NCBI RefSeq assembly: GCF_006345805.1
Contig: NW_021834495.1
Span: 1 to 48,165, forward strand
Reading direction: 5' to 3'
DNA from: Octopus sinensis
Lineage: Eukaryota
DNA: 48,165 nucleotides
The notes beneath the pieces were generated by a model, which was not told the DNA's origin, did no database searches, and worked only from the letters and a program-made list of their open reading frames with translations. The position numbers were made by a program, and so were the translations under genes. Below, in pieces: positions 1 to 12,681 of this stretch; position 1 is the stretch's first letter; the number at the start of each line of letters is the position of its first letter.

Positions 1-31
<31 letters not shown>

Positions 32-46
32 TTATTTTATATATTA

Positions 47-96
47 AGGCGGTGCTCCAGCATGGCCACAGTCAGATGGCTGAAACAAGTAAGAAT
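47..96 (+). mobile_element. SINE family B 3' tail fragment
   Basis: aaggcggtgctccagcatggccacagtcagatggctgaaacaagtaaga matches the tail of the full copies at 27933-28322 and 41551-41942. Confidence 0.7.
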
Positions 97-476
97 ACAT
101 ATATATATAAGAAAAAATGCTTTTTCTAAAATCTCTCTAAGAGATCAACGCAGTAGTTGTACTGGCAACTAATATTCGTAACCACTTTAACATGGCTGTC
201 CGTTCAAGCGGTCTCTCCTTCAATATTTTAAAGCCCAGGAGGACATCTCTTGTAGCTGGTTACCGATACATAGCTGCACCCGGTAAAATCGCGAGCACGG
301 GAGCGAACCCCTAACGTCCCCAGCGACGGAACCAGTAGAGCAGTCCTTGTTTCGGGCTATTTCTGGTACACCTCAATACTGGACACCTCTGCTTGAGCTG
401 ATAGCAGCTCACATCTTCACGCAATATATATATTTCAAGCGAGCGACTGTGTTCGCGGTATGGTGGCTATGAATAT

Positions 477-514
<38 letters not shown>

Positions 515-1276
515 TATTTTTAGTAAGGACACCAATTTAGGGTCCCGATTAGCATGACCGTGTATATAATAAATACGGACATACATCAATTTATATATGG
601 ATATATCCTAACACTTACATATACATTATACATGCATATGCCCAAATCAGTATACACACAAATAGAAATATACTTGTACGTGAAACTATTTACACATGCA
701 AGCCGGCATGCAGTTCCACGATCCAATATGAGTTCAAGATCCAATGGAGAGAAGGTTGAAGATGTGAATTTGCCTACAGCTGTTTCACAATCGTTTGTTT
801 TTTGTTAATAAATAAACCGAGTGCGTCATGATGTAATCAGTTTGTTCTTCAATAAGAAGTGCATCAGAAACAGCTCTAGTCAACCATGATCCATTTGCGT
901 ACTTTATCTTTATGTGTGTGTGTGTATGTGTGTGTGTGTGCGTGTGTGAGTGTGTGTATATATGCATATATATATGTATATATATTTATATAAGTATACA
1001 TATAGTAGAAAACGCGAGCCCAATGTGTCATGCAGTGGGACTGAACGTGAAACCATGTAATTGAGCAGCAACCTCCTTACCATACAGTCACGCTAGCACT
1101 TACGGGTGTGTGTGTGTGTGTGTGTGTGCGTGCGTGTGTGTTTGTATGTGTGTGTGTGTATGTGTGTGTGTGTGTGCGTGTGTTCTGTACCTTTTGATGT
1201 TCTGGCGATCAATAACTAAATAAAGCATTCTATGTAACGCATGTCCATCACTAACAGAGCATTGATACACACACAC

Positions 1277-1308
<32 letters not shown>

Positions 1309-1331
1309 ATGTATGTATATATATATATATA

Positions 1332-1362
<31 letters not shown>

Positions 1363-2090
1363 ATATAGATATATATATATATATATATATACTATATACA
1401 TATATTATTATATATATATATATATATTATATATATATATACATATGCATATATATGTATATATATTATATATTACATATATATATACTATATTATATAT
1501 ATTTATATATATATATGTATATATATATATGTATGTATGTATATATACGCACAACCGACTCGGAGACATATGTTTAACTGCTCAGTGTTAATATACCCGG
1601 GTAGTTTTAATAAATCGGTTAATTTCCGTGCATGCATGCATCTTAAATAGAAATTATTACCTCATATGCTGTATAGCTTCTTGCATAATTACTATCAATT
1701 AATATTCATTCTCTCCTCTTTGAAAATTAATATATGGCCACGAATGCATCGATTTAATTAAGCACACAAATACAACGCACACAGACACAGAGACACACAG
1801 ACGCATACACGCACATACACAATCACTCACACATACACAGTCACTCACTGAAACAAACACACCATGACACACACACCACACACATATTCACGAACATTGA
1901 CTTGCCTCTGCGTATTTGGTCATATAGCAGAGATCAAATGATTTCAACTGGATCCAACCAGAAAATGGTTTCTATTATCAGTGAAAGATGTATAAACAGG
2001 CAATGTCTCCCACAACCTATTCATACCTCTCTCTCTCTCTCTCTCTCATTCTCCCTGTATACTCACACACACACACACACATACATATAT

Positions 2091-2250
2091 ATACATACAT
2101 ATATGTATATATACATACATATATGTATGTTTATATATATATATATATGTATATATACATACATATATGTATATATACATACATATATGTATGTTTATAT
2201 ATAGATATATGTATATACATACATATATGTATAATAATAATATGTATGTT

Positions 2251-2282
<32 letters not shown>

Positions 2283-2428
2283 CATATATATATATACATA
2301 CATATATGTATGTTTATATTTATATATATTGTATATATACATACATATATATATATAAATACATATAGTATGTTTATATATCTATATATATATATGTATA
2401 TATACAAATATATGTATATATACATATG

Positions 2429-2465
<37 letters not shown>

Positions 2466-2480
2466 CATATATGTATGTTC
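2091..2480. repeat. Higher-order ~60-bp minisatellite built from TA/CATA microsatellite
   Basis: Recurrent self-complementary motif ACATACATATATGTATGT at roughly 60-bp spacing. Confidence 0.6.
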
Positions 2481-2544
2481 ATATATATATATATATATAT
2501 ACGTGCATGTGTATTGTGAATAAATGCGTATTCTATTATATTAT

Positions 2545-2935
2545 TATTGATGAAGGCAGTGAGCTGGTAGATTGCTCAACAGTCCAGATGAAATGCTGAG
2601 TGGCATTGTATGAGTTCAAATGCAACCGGGATCGACTATGCCTTCCATGCTTTCAGGATCGAGAAAATTATTACTAGCCAAGTACTGGAATCAACTGAGT
2701 CGACCAACCACCTCTTGTAAAATTTCAGTTCTTGCGTCTATATCAGAAGGATTATCATATAATGGCGGGGAGCCGGCAGAATCTCTAGCACGGTGAACAC
2801 AATGCTCAGCGGCATATCGGCCATGTTTACCTTCGAAATCCGCCGAGATAATATTTGTCTTACATCTGTTCAGCGTTGTTGAAATAGGTACCAGTCGAGC
2901 ACAGGGGACAATCAAACGACTTGCTCCCTCTCACA
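2545..2935 (+). mobile_element. Two diverged SINE family A copies (about 2545-2690 and 2763-2935)
   Basis: Heads ggcagtgagctggtaga / ggcggggagccggcagaatc and B-box-like gagttcaaat, cttcgaaatcc, homologous to 5978-6363. Confidence 0.65.
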
Positions 2936-3288
2936 AATGTTCAGTTTTTATGGCCACAACAGACATTTATATATTAGTTAATCTCGGAAGAATATACATA
3001 CGTAAGTTTATTTAGCAATGAGAGTCTGTGGAAACATTTTTAACCCACATGCTATAAAAAAATACTTAGATAATGCCTGTATTGGCCATTTGCATAGGGT
3101 TCTAACTGAAAATTCTGTGCTGTGTAATTGTTAAACCAGCAGTTCGTGAAGCAAAAGATATGAGTTTCCATTTCTGTCTGTGCTTGGGTTTTATAGTATT
3201 TCTAGTGGTGCGCCACCGTCTGCTGTAACCATTACTTGAAACGAGTAAAATTGTAAATGAACTTATAAGGTAGTTTTAATTACGTTAG

Positions 3289-3375
3289 ATAGAAAGAGCC
3301 CTTTTACTGAGAAAAGAATTCATTCACCCATTCAATGGATCGTACCTAAACGGAGGAGCTCCTCTCTCAGTTATG
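3289..3375 (+). CDS. Candidate exon A of an unidentified gene (IERALLLRKEFIHPFNGSYLNGGAPLSVM)
   Basis: ttacgttag| acceptor, |gtaagt donor, 87 nt, open in phase 0; no homology recognised. Confidence 0.3.
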
Positions 3376-3487
3376 GTAAGTGGCAACTATTTAACGCTGC
3401 TTTTGTTTTGAGGTTTTTGCCGTATATCCAACGCATGGTCTCCATTTGGAGGCTGATAGTTAGGAACCTATATAGAATTTGAGTTAG

Positions 3488-3610
3488 AATGCGCAGATTA
3501 TGTACAAATGCCGCATGAGATCGAATTCGACATTCTTACAATCCCTTCTACACACTACATTTGGTTGTTATGTTTCAATCGATGACGAAAAGAGGAAGAG
3601 CAAATTTCAG
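3488..3610 (+). CDS. Candidate exon B (NAQIMYKCRMRSNSTFLQSLLHTTFGCYVSIDDEKRKSKFQ)
   Basis: gagttag| acceptor (weak), CAG|gtaaga donor, 123 nt, open only in phase 0. Confidence 0.3.
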
Positions 3611-3676
3611 GTAAGAGATACGCTGCACTGGTTTGGTTAACAATAATTTCTGAATTGTATAAATGAACGTTTGTAG

Positions 3677-3788
3677 GTAAAAGACATTGCTTGGATGTGA
3701 AACCAAGCGAGTTCAGGTTTTAAGTACCAAATATTTGGATTTCATCCTGGAAACAAAAGGTTATTTCACTGATGTTACGATGAAGGAT
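3677..3788 (+). other. Candidate exon C (112 nt; two in-frame TGA if read in phase 0 from the best acceptor)
   Basis: tttgtag| acceptor, |gtgagt donor; an alternative acceptor at 3716 gives open VLSTKYLDFILETKGYFTDVTMKD. Confidence 0.2.
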
Positions 3789-3839
3789 GTGAGTGTAAAC
3801 ATCTGCCTGCCTATATGTATATACACAATAGATAGAAGG

Positions 3840-3842
3840 ATG

Positions 3843-3915
<73 letters not shown>
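3840..3915. repeat. (GATA)n microsatellite
   Basis: Direct reading. Confidence 0.95.
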
Positions 3916-4008
3916 GTAAGTAGATAGATACACACGAACACGTCACACACACATATATGCATATGTTTACAAACACATTCATATGTGTGCGTGTATATAT
4001 ACACATAT

Positions 4009-4058
<50 letters not shown>

Positions 4059-4534
4059 CATATATATTTATACACACATATATACTAATACGACAGGCTA
4101 TGTAGTATGTATGTGAGTGTGCGCTTCAGTGTCTCTGCATTTACGCACATATTGCTTCTTGCACACTGTGCATCTAATGCAAAACATACAAATCTTATAT
4201 TTTGAATATACCATTTATGTAGAATTACCATCATTTTGTGCGAGAACATTTTTACATACAGACATACACACACATACACACACACACACCACCACCACTA
4301 CACTTATGTATCTTCCTATATCATCAATATCTATATGGTGTGTGTATATAAAAATACAAATATATGCATATAACAATTGCATAATATATATTATGATACA
4401 CGTAGATACATATGTACATTTATATAATATATAATATATAGTATCATATATATATCATATTACATTATATTATATCATATATTATATTACATTATATATA
4501 CATATAGATACACATATAAATATAATATTGTATA

Positions 4535-4584
<50 letters not shown>

Positions 4585-4603
4585 TATATAATATATGTAT
4601 ATA

Positions 4604-4634
<31 letters not shown>

Positions 4635-5131
4635 AGATATATATATCATGTAACTTCTCGACCGACAATTTCATATACCTCATTCATACTTTATAAAACG
4701 CCGGAAGTTCCTATTTCCCATTTCATATGCATTGAAATTTCCTTCCTGTATACAACTACGTGTATCTTAACTATCTCAAGTTAATCCAGATACGCATATG
4801 TGTGTGTGTGTGTGTCCGTATGTATGTATATACGTGCGTGTGTCTGTGTTTGTGTGTGTGTGTGTGCATGGGGGTGTATTTATGTATATATGTGTATATG
4901 TATATTTAAATCTGGGCCTGCATATATGTATAGCTGTACGTATGTGTAAGCACGTTTATGTGCGTATGAACGTCACAATGAATATGGGAATACACACACA
5001 CACACACACATACACGTATGAATATGTGTGTGTATGTGTGTGCGTACGTGCGGACGCGTGTGTGTGTATGTGTGTGTGTGTTTTAAAAGTATTCAAGCTA
5101 GTAACATTGTGAAATTCATATCGTTGGCCAG

Positions 5132-5214
5132 GTGACATGTTTGTTTACCTGTTTCCGTTGTCTGCTGTTCTTGAAAAGTTCTCTGTTGCATGTCATACAG
5201 GAGAAAACTTTGTA
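5132..5214 (+). CDS. Candidate exon D (xDMFVYLFPLSAVLEKFSVACHTGENFV)
   Basis: ttggccag| acceptor, |gtaaga donor, open phase 1 to phase 0. Confidence 0.2.
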
Positions 5215-5362
5215 GTAAGAAACAACTATGAAATCTTTCTGATATTCTCTGCATGTTTATAGTAGTTATAAAACTTTGTTCTTGTTGACAAGAAGAAAAA
5301 AACAAAAAGAGCTTGTCAAAGCTAAAAGCATTCAATTCTTTCTCATACAAATAATTACTTCC

Positions 5363-5760
5363 GGTTGGCAATTTGACAGATTCTTTACAGCGTCGGATGG
5401 AATACCTTATGACTCTCGGCGCTTTCAGTTCAAATATTGTCTCGGTTAACATTGCCTTTAAGGCTTCCGGGGTTCGATGAAATAAAGAACCAGTCAAGTA
5501 CCAGAGTCAATTGTATCGACTAACATTTTTCTCTCAAATTTTCTCGCATTTTGCGTAAATTAGGGACGATTGTCTCATGGTTGGTAGATAAGCAGAATCA
5601 TTAAAGTTTCGGAGAATGCGTTCAGTCATTTCTTCCTAATCTGTAAGGGCTGAGTTCAAATCCCGCACAAACCACCTTACCTTTTACCCTTTCAAGATCG
5701 AGAAAATAAAGTATCTTTTTAAATCCTAGAGTCGGTGTCGCTGACGAATCCCCTCTCATA
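5363..5760 (+). mobile_element. Two highly diverged SINE family A copies (about 5363-5520 and 5578-5760)
   Basis: ttcagttcaaatattgtctcggttaacattgcc and gctgagttcaaatcccgc align by eye to the family A B-box/body. Confidence 0.55.
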
Positions 5761-5977
5761 AAGCCAATCATTATTCTTCTTGATGTTGTTAATGAGGGCC
5801 GTGGGTAAAAGAATCGTCATAGTGGCACTCGAATTGTCTTGCGGCATTTGTTACGGATCCTTACGTTCTCATTTCAAATCCTTCGTTACTTAATTTTGCT
5901 TAATTCCTACCATGGTCAATAAAATAAAATGCCAACCTAGAAAATGAGAACAGCCATCTAACATGCTGCAGCTGTAT

Positions 5978-6363
5978 GGCGGCGAGCTGGCAGAAACGTT
6001 AACACGCCGGGCGAAATGTGTAGTGGTATTTCGTCTGCCGTTACGTTCTGAGTTCAAATTCCGCAGAGGTTGACTTTGCCTTAGAACATTTCGGGGTCGA
6101 CTAAATAAGTACCAATAACGCACTTGGGTCGATATAATCGACTTAATCTCTTTGTCTGTCCTTGTTTGTCCTCTCTGTGTTTAGCCCCTTGTAGGTAGTA
6201 AAGAAATAGGTATTTCGTCTGTCTTTACGTTCTGAGTTCAAATTCCGCCGAGGTCGACTTTGCCTTACATTCTTTCGGAGTCGATAAATTAAGTATCAGT
6301 TGCGTACTGGGGTCAATCTAATCGACTTCTCCGCCTCTTCAAAAATTTCGGACCTTGTGCCTA
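5978..6363 (+). mobile_element. SINE family A, dimeric tRNA-derived element
   Basis: A-box-like TGGCAGAAACG, B-box GAGTTCAAATTCC; body tatttcgtctg...gagttcaaattccgccgaggtcgac...gtcgat present twice. Confidence 0.85.
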
Positions 6364-6364
6364 A

Positions 6365-6756
6365 GGCGGTGAGCTGGCAGAAACGTTAGCATGCCGGGCG
6401 AAATGTATAATGTATTTCGTCAGCTGTTACGTTCCGAGTTCAAATTCCGCCGAGGTCGACTTTGCCTTTCATCCTTTCATTCGGGGTCGATGAATTAAGT
6501 ACCAGTTACGCACTGGGGTCGATGTAATCGACTTAATCCGTTTGTATGTCCTTGCTTGATCCCTCTATGTTTAGCCCTTGTGGGCAATAAAGAAATATGT
6601 ATTTCGTCTGCCGTTATGTTCTGAGTTCAAATTCCGCCGGGGTCGACTTTGCCTTTCATCCTTTCGGGTTCGATAAATTAGATACCAGTTGCGTACTAAT
6701 CGACTGCTTCCCACTCCCTCAAAATATCGGGCCCTGTGCCTAGAGTAGAAAAGAAT
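6365..6756 (+). mobile_element. SINE family A, dimeric, head-to-tail with previous copy
   Basis: Same architecture, starts immediately after the previous tail. Confidence 0.85.
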
Positions 6757-7340
6757 GTGATGTTGCTGTTCTTGTTGCTGTTGTTACGCTCAACTGAACT
6801 CTGATTGACAAGTACTATGATCAAACACATTTTAACCGTGGCCATCCCTTTTTTTTAATATACTGTCTCATTTTTAAGAGCATGAAAAATGACATTATCC
6901 AATGAATTATTTACTAAGACAGTGGGGGTTTAATCTGAGGGAGACTTGGCTGCTATTTCTAGTTGCGTTACCTCACGCTGAGTGGTGCCTTTTAATTTTT
7001 AAACAAAGATGTCGATCGTTTTATTTCATTTTATGTTATTTTATTTATATATTTTCTCATGTTGCAAAGGTTATTTTCAGTTGACAACATAGATTTGTAA
7101 ATACACTGAGGTACCAAACGGACAGCCTGAAGCGAAAGGAAGGAAGGAGGAAGACCAAAACACAAATGGAAATATGATTGGTGCCAAAATGGCAAAATTG
7201 CTGGTTGAATTAGAATTGATACTTCTATATGAAAACTTTTGATAGTCACTTCCGGAAGTGTTCATAACTGAAACGTGAGAATCTAACATCGTCGGAACAG
7301 AAGAAAAGGGCAATTTGCCAGTAGTTAGATATACACGCAT

Positions 7341-7455
7341 TTACATACATGCATACATACATACATACATACATACATACATACATACATACATACATAC
7401 ATACATACATGCATACATACATACACACACACACATACATACATACATACATGCA

Positions 7456-7489
<34 letters not shown>

Positions 7490-7701
7490 CATACATAAAT
7501 ACATACATAACTATAGATACATAGATAGATAGAAAGATTTATAGCTAGATACATAAGTATATGCGTACACATTAAGAAATATAAATACACACCTCACATG
7601 TATATATACTTCGTTAATACACATATACATACATACATACATGCATACATACATACATACATACATACATACATACATACATACATACATACATACATAC
7701 A

Positions 7702-7730
<29 letters not shown>
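7341..7730. repeat. Two (CATA)n microsatellite tracts (about 7341-7510 and 7621-7730)
   Basis: Direct reading. Confidence 0.95.
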
Positions 7731-7737
<7 letters not shown>

Positions 7738-8496
7738 GGGTATTCTCTCTGTGTATATGTTTGCATATATGGGGAACGGTTTTTCTTTTAGATATGATTT
7801 GACAATAGTCTTTGTCTTTTGTAATATATACTTTCCATATTGACCCACAACCACGCCGCGGTTTGAAACATCAAAGATCACACGTCCATTATTAAGATTT
7901 CTATGCGCTCCTAGTCTTTTCCTCATGATTAAGTGACGTCGAAGTGTATCGCCGCCAATGAGCCTGGTGCAAGAGTTACGACTTATTTTTAAATTTTGAC
8001 CGTCAGATATATACTTCTATGAGGTATTTGTTTTTTATGTATGATGTATAAAGTTCTGTGTTTTAAGTATTGTTTCAATCATTCAACACCTATTTCTGTA
8101 CAGAATTCTGTGGTATAACATGTTTTGCCGACATATATTTCCGTATCTAGTTTTGTATTGTTTGGTACAGTACTAGATTGTCATTTATTCTTGTGGTAAA
8201 TACATGGCCACTGTGTTAGAGTATGTCGTTCCTGAATCTCCAACATAACAGAATGTTTTGTGTACAACTCTCAGAAATATAGATGATTAATGATAGTTGC
8301 TGTTTTAGGCAACATAGCAGCAATTTTGAAGGAAAGAGCATTAGTCGATACCATCGAGTGAAATACTTGGATGCTGGTTTATTTTGTTATTGTTGGTACG
8401 ATAAAACGAAAAGATGACCCTTGTGGAATTTCAAACCAGGATTATAAACAGCTGGAAAAATACAGCAAAGCATTTTCTCGATGCTCTATCAATTCT

Positions 8497-8910
8497 TATT
8501 CCTTTATTACTCACAAGGGGCTAAACATAGAGGGGACAAACAAGGACAGGCAAGGGGATTAAGTCGATTACAACAACCTCAGTGCGTAACTGGTACTTAT
8601 TTAATCGACCCCGAATGGATGAAAGGAAAAGTCGACCTCGGCGGAATTTGAACTCAGATCGTAGCGGCAGACGAAATACCTATTTCTTTATTACCCACAA
8701 GGGGCTAAACACAGAGGGGACAAACAAGGACAGACATAGGTATTAAGTCGATTACATCGACTCCAGTGCGTTATTGGTACTTAATTTATCGACCCCGAAA
8801 GGATGAAAGGCAAAGTCGACCTCGGCGGAATTTGAACTCACAACGTAACGCAGACGAAATACCGCTAAGTATTTCGCCCGGCGTGCTAACGTTTCTGCCA
8901 GCTCGCCGCC
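8497..8910 (-). mobile_element. SINE family A (two left monomers)
   Basis: Reverse complement of head aaggcggcgagctggcagaaacgttagcacgcc ending 8910; repeated monomer. Confidence 0.85.
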
Positions 8911-8944
8911 TTCAAGAAATGGCTGATAATCGTTTTTTCCTATA

Positions 8945-9143
8945 AACACAATGCCTGAATTCTGTGGAAAGGAGGGTTGTCATTGACGCCGACCCCAGTG
9001 CTTCACTGGTACTCATTTCATCGACCCCGAAAGGATAAAAGACTAAGTCAACCTTCGTGGTATTCGACTTCTGAACCTCAAGATGAACAAAATGTCGCTA
9101 AGCTGTTTGTCCAGTGTGTTAAAGATACAGCCAGCTCGCCGCC
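8945..9143 (-). mobile_element. SINE family A, diverged monomer
   Basis: gccagctcgccgcctt head, tcgaccccgaaagga body. Confidence 0.75.
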
Positions 9144-9865
9144 TTAAGTTGGTGATTAATAACGTAAGCAATTAATGCAGCATCTGTGCTAGATAATACA
9201 ATATGCGAGTGTTTATTTTGAAAGAGAGACCGAGAAGTTTTATTGAGAAATATATAAATATATAAAGACATCTCTGTTTCCGATTGTATTACTTCAATGA
9301 GAGTTTTTTAAGAAGATAACGGAAGATGTGACAGCTCGTATTTTTCTTTTCTAAATAATCTTGGCCACATTGCAGGTGGTCAGTTGGAATAAACACGAAA
9401 TATCGAACACAGTTACAGAAAAATTAATACACCTAACTACTAATAAATCATAGCCTCACATAAATTAATTCTTAAATACATACGGACAGACAGACAAAAA
9501 GACAAACGGACAGACAGAAATGCAAACATACAGAGACACAGAAGTTGTTATGCATTCCGGAAGGATACGTTACTACAGGTATGTAAGGAAGTGTAGGGTA
9601 TGCCAGTAATAATTTGTATGTTCTGGTCGACCAATTGTAAATATCTGGTTGTAAGAAGGACGAATGCCACAGAGTCAAACTCTGGCGGACATGATGATTC
9701 CGGTCCGGTACAAAAATAGTGATAGTGCCAGATCAGAGAAACCTCACATTAAGTATTTAGGAACCTGTGCAAAATATACATTCTTCGTATATTGGTTATG
9801 ATGTAATAATAAGTAACAGACAAAATAGAAGAACCATACGTAAACACACATACACACACTCATAG

Positions 9866-9898
<33 letters not shown>

Positions 9899-10130
9899 GT
9901 GTACTGTACCGTGATGGTAAGATAAACAAAAATGTACTCGATTGGTGAGAAGCAAATATCATTTAATAAACACCATATAAGTTTTTATGTTTTACTGTTA
10001 GTTTCATGAGCTGAGAGCCTGCTAGACAGTGCTTTTTTAACACGTCTGGTGTCCTAGCACAATCATCTGACACTGCCAAGGTAGTATAAAGAACTAAAAG
10101 TCGGACGATGCATATACATATATATATATA

Positions 10131-10254
10131 TATTTATTATATAGAAGGAGCTTCTACAGGACTAGAACTGTTTCATTCAAGAGAAATCTTCAGGAAGATT
10201 TCTCTTGAATGAAACAGTTCTAGTCCTGTAGAAGCTCCTTCTATATAATAAATA
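10131..10254. repeat. Perfect inverted repeat, 61-bp arms, 2-nt loop
   Basis: 10131-10191 is the reverse complement of 10194-10254. Confidence 0.95.
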
Positions 10255-10318
10255 ATTTTACTCTGCTATGTATTGAGTACCTTATTTACTGTGGTTAACC
10301 CCGAATCAACCCGGGACC

Positions 10319-10396
<78 letters not shown>

Positions 10397-10616
10397 GACA
10401 TATATACATGTATATATGCATGCTTGTGTGTTTTTTGTGTCTGTGTTTATCCAACGCCACTCACCGCTTAACAATTGATGTGTTTACATCACTATAATTT
10501 AATGGTCCGGCAAAAGCAACCGACAAGTTCCAGGCTTTGAAAAATAAAGGAAAGTAAGGACATGGCGGTCACGAGTGGACTGATGTGCTGCACGGTGTAA
10601 AACAGCTCAGCATATA

Positions 10617-10670
10617 CCGTATTTGATGGCCTATAAGATGCACCTTTTTTACCTCCCAAAAGCTCAGGTT
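10617..10670 (+). mobile_element. Possible pogo/Tigger-like TIR remnant
   Basis: TA|CCGTATTTGATGGCCTATAAGATGCACC resembles pogo-type MITE termini. Confidence 0.35.
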
Positions 10671-10715
10671 TGGTCTTAATCCTGATAAGATTTAAGTGGT
10701 AGCGGCTTACTACCT

Positions 10716-10717
<2 letters not shown>

Positions 10718-10813
<96 letters not shown>

Positions 10814-10988
10814 GTTATTATTATTATCATCATCATCATTATTATTATTATTATTATTTTATTATTATTATTATTATTATTAATTATTATTATTATTATT
10901 ATTTTATTATTATTATTATTATTATTATATTATTATTATTATTATTGTTATTATTATTATCATTACAATTATTATTATTATTATTATT
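10718..10988. repeat. (TTA)n/(TAA)n microsatellite
   Basis: Direct reading; abuts 3' end of R4-like fragment. Confidence 0.95.
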
Positions 10989-11400
10989 GCCTTTGCACAG
11001 CTTCTAACGCTGGAGATGAACGACTATTCGAGCGGTTCCAAGCACTTCTGTTTTCTGCAAGTGCTGCACCCTTATTGCAGCCCCTATTTGTTGCATGTAC
11101 TTCTCGAGATTTTTACTCACTGTTCCCAGTGCTCCGACAATTATTGGTTCCACTAACAGCTTTTTCATTGAGCACAACTGCTTTACCTCTCTAGCTAACC
11201 TGTCTTACCTATCGACTTTTCTTTCTTCCTTATCGCATACCTTGTTGTCAGCTGGGCATGCTGTATCTATGATCCAGCATAGTTTGCTTTCTTTATCAAT
11301 TTCCTATTCTCTATCTCATGGCCGCACTGAATCATAAAACCCCATAGGATCTTTGCATTATTGCTCTCGATGATGCCTTCAGTTTTATGTTCGTACCATT
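10989..11400 (-). mobile_element. R4/Dong-like non-LTR retrotransposon 3' fragment (REL endonuclease), degenerate
   Basis: Minus-strand translation with stops/frameshifts: KWYEHKTEGIIESNNAKILW...IIDTACPADNKV...EPIIVGALGTVSK...LQKTEVLGTARI. Confidence 0.85.
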
Positions 11401-11540
<140 letters not shown>

Positions 11541-11675
11541 GATATTTAGCAGAAGCAACAGAGTGATTCAAGTGCCGAGTGTTTCGTACGTTAGCATTTA
11601 TCAAAGTTTAATAAGTACCAAGGCACGAAACTCTCACCCCTTGTGTCACTCTGCTGTTTCTACTAAATTTCAATA

Positions 11676-11741
<66 letters not shown>

Positions 11742-12681
11742 GTGTGTGTGTGAGAGAGAGAGTTTGTGTTTGTGTGTGTGTGTATGTATGTATGTACGAA
11801 TACGTATATGCATGTATAAATATACATACATACGAATATACATATATCTAATGTAAATGTGTGTGTATGTGTGAGTGTGTGCGTGTAAGATGTGTGAATG
11901 TCTATTTCTACTGATCTGTCTGCAGTACAATGGTTAATTAATAACTGGAAGAAAGACATATTTCCTTTTACCGTCAATAACGATGTGATAGTTAAAGAAC
12001 AAGGCCTGACGGTGGTGGTGCGGGTCGTCCACTGTTGTTCGCAGTAACGTTATTGATGTTGGTGAACGTAATGATAGCAGTGGTGCATTGGGAGGGCTGG
12101 GTGGGAATCGGGATAATGTTGTTGGTGGTGGTGGTGGTGGTGGTGTTGGTGGTGGTGGCGGTGGCGTCGTTATATTGGTAGCGGTAGCAGTGTCCTGATG
12201 TATGTTGAGACTCTAAAGACAGACAGATATATTGACAGCACTATAATTATCTCTAATCATATATTATCTCAACGGTGTAATAGCTGTTTGTAAGCTGTTG
12301 TTTTCAGTAGTCTTTGATTGTTACTGGAAATCTTCTTACACTTTAACATGATCTTGATTTGTTTTCTGTTCGTCTTCCCGTCGTCTTCCGTCATTTTCTT
12401 TCGTCGTCGCTGCTGTTTAACCCAAGGTTGAATATAATTGCCGTCCCCTATCGTTCTTTCATCTTCTGACTTTAACTGGTTTCAGTCATTGGACTGCAAA
12501 CAAGCAAGGAGACCGCCTTGAATGGGTTTTGGTCGAATAGATTGAATGCAATACTTTGTTTTTACATAATTTTTTTTTTTTGAAGTCTTGTACTTATGCT
12601 ATAGGTAGTTTTTGCCGATCTGCTACATGTAGGCAGTCATCGAAATTTTTGTTTGTCTTGTTGCCGAGAGAGGCTCCCTTT

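Noticed and set aside
5093-5497. 134-aa minus-strand ORF
   Set aside because: The first third is antisense to a decayed SINE; no recognisable domain or convincing splice sites.
7792-8023. Minus-strand open frame (KYISDGQ...GVVVGQYGK) and plus-strand splice-like sites
   Set aside because: No homology recognised; the plus strand has stops in all frames; ORFs of this length are expected by chance.
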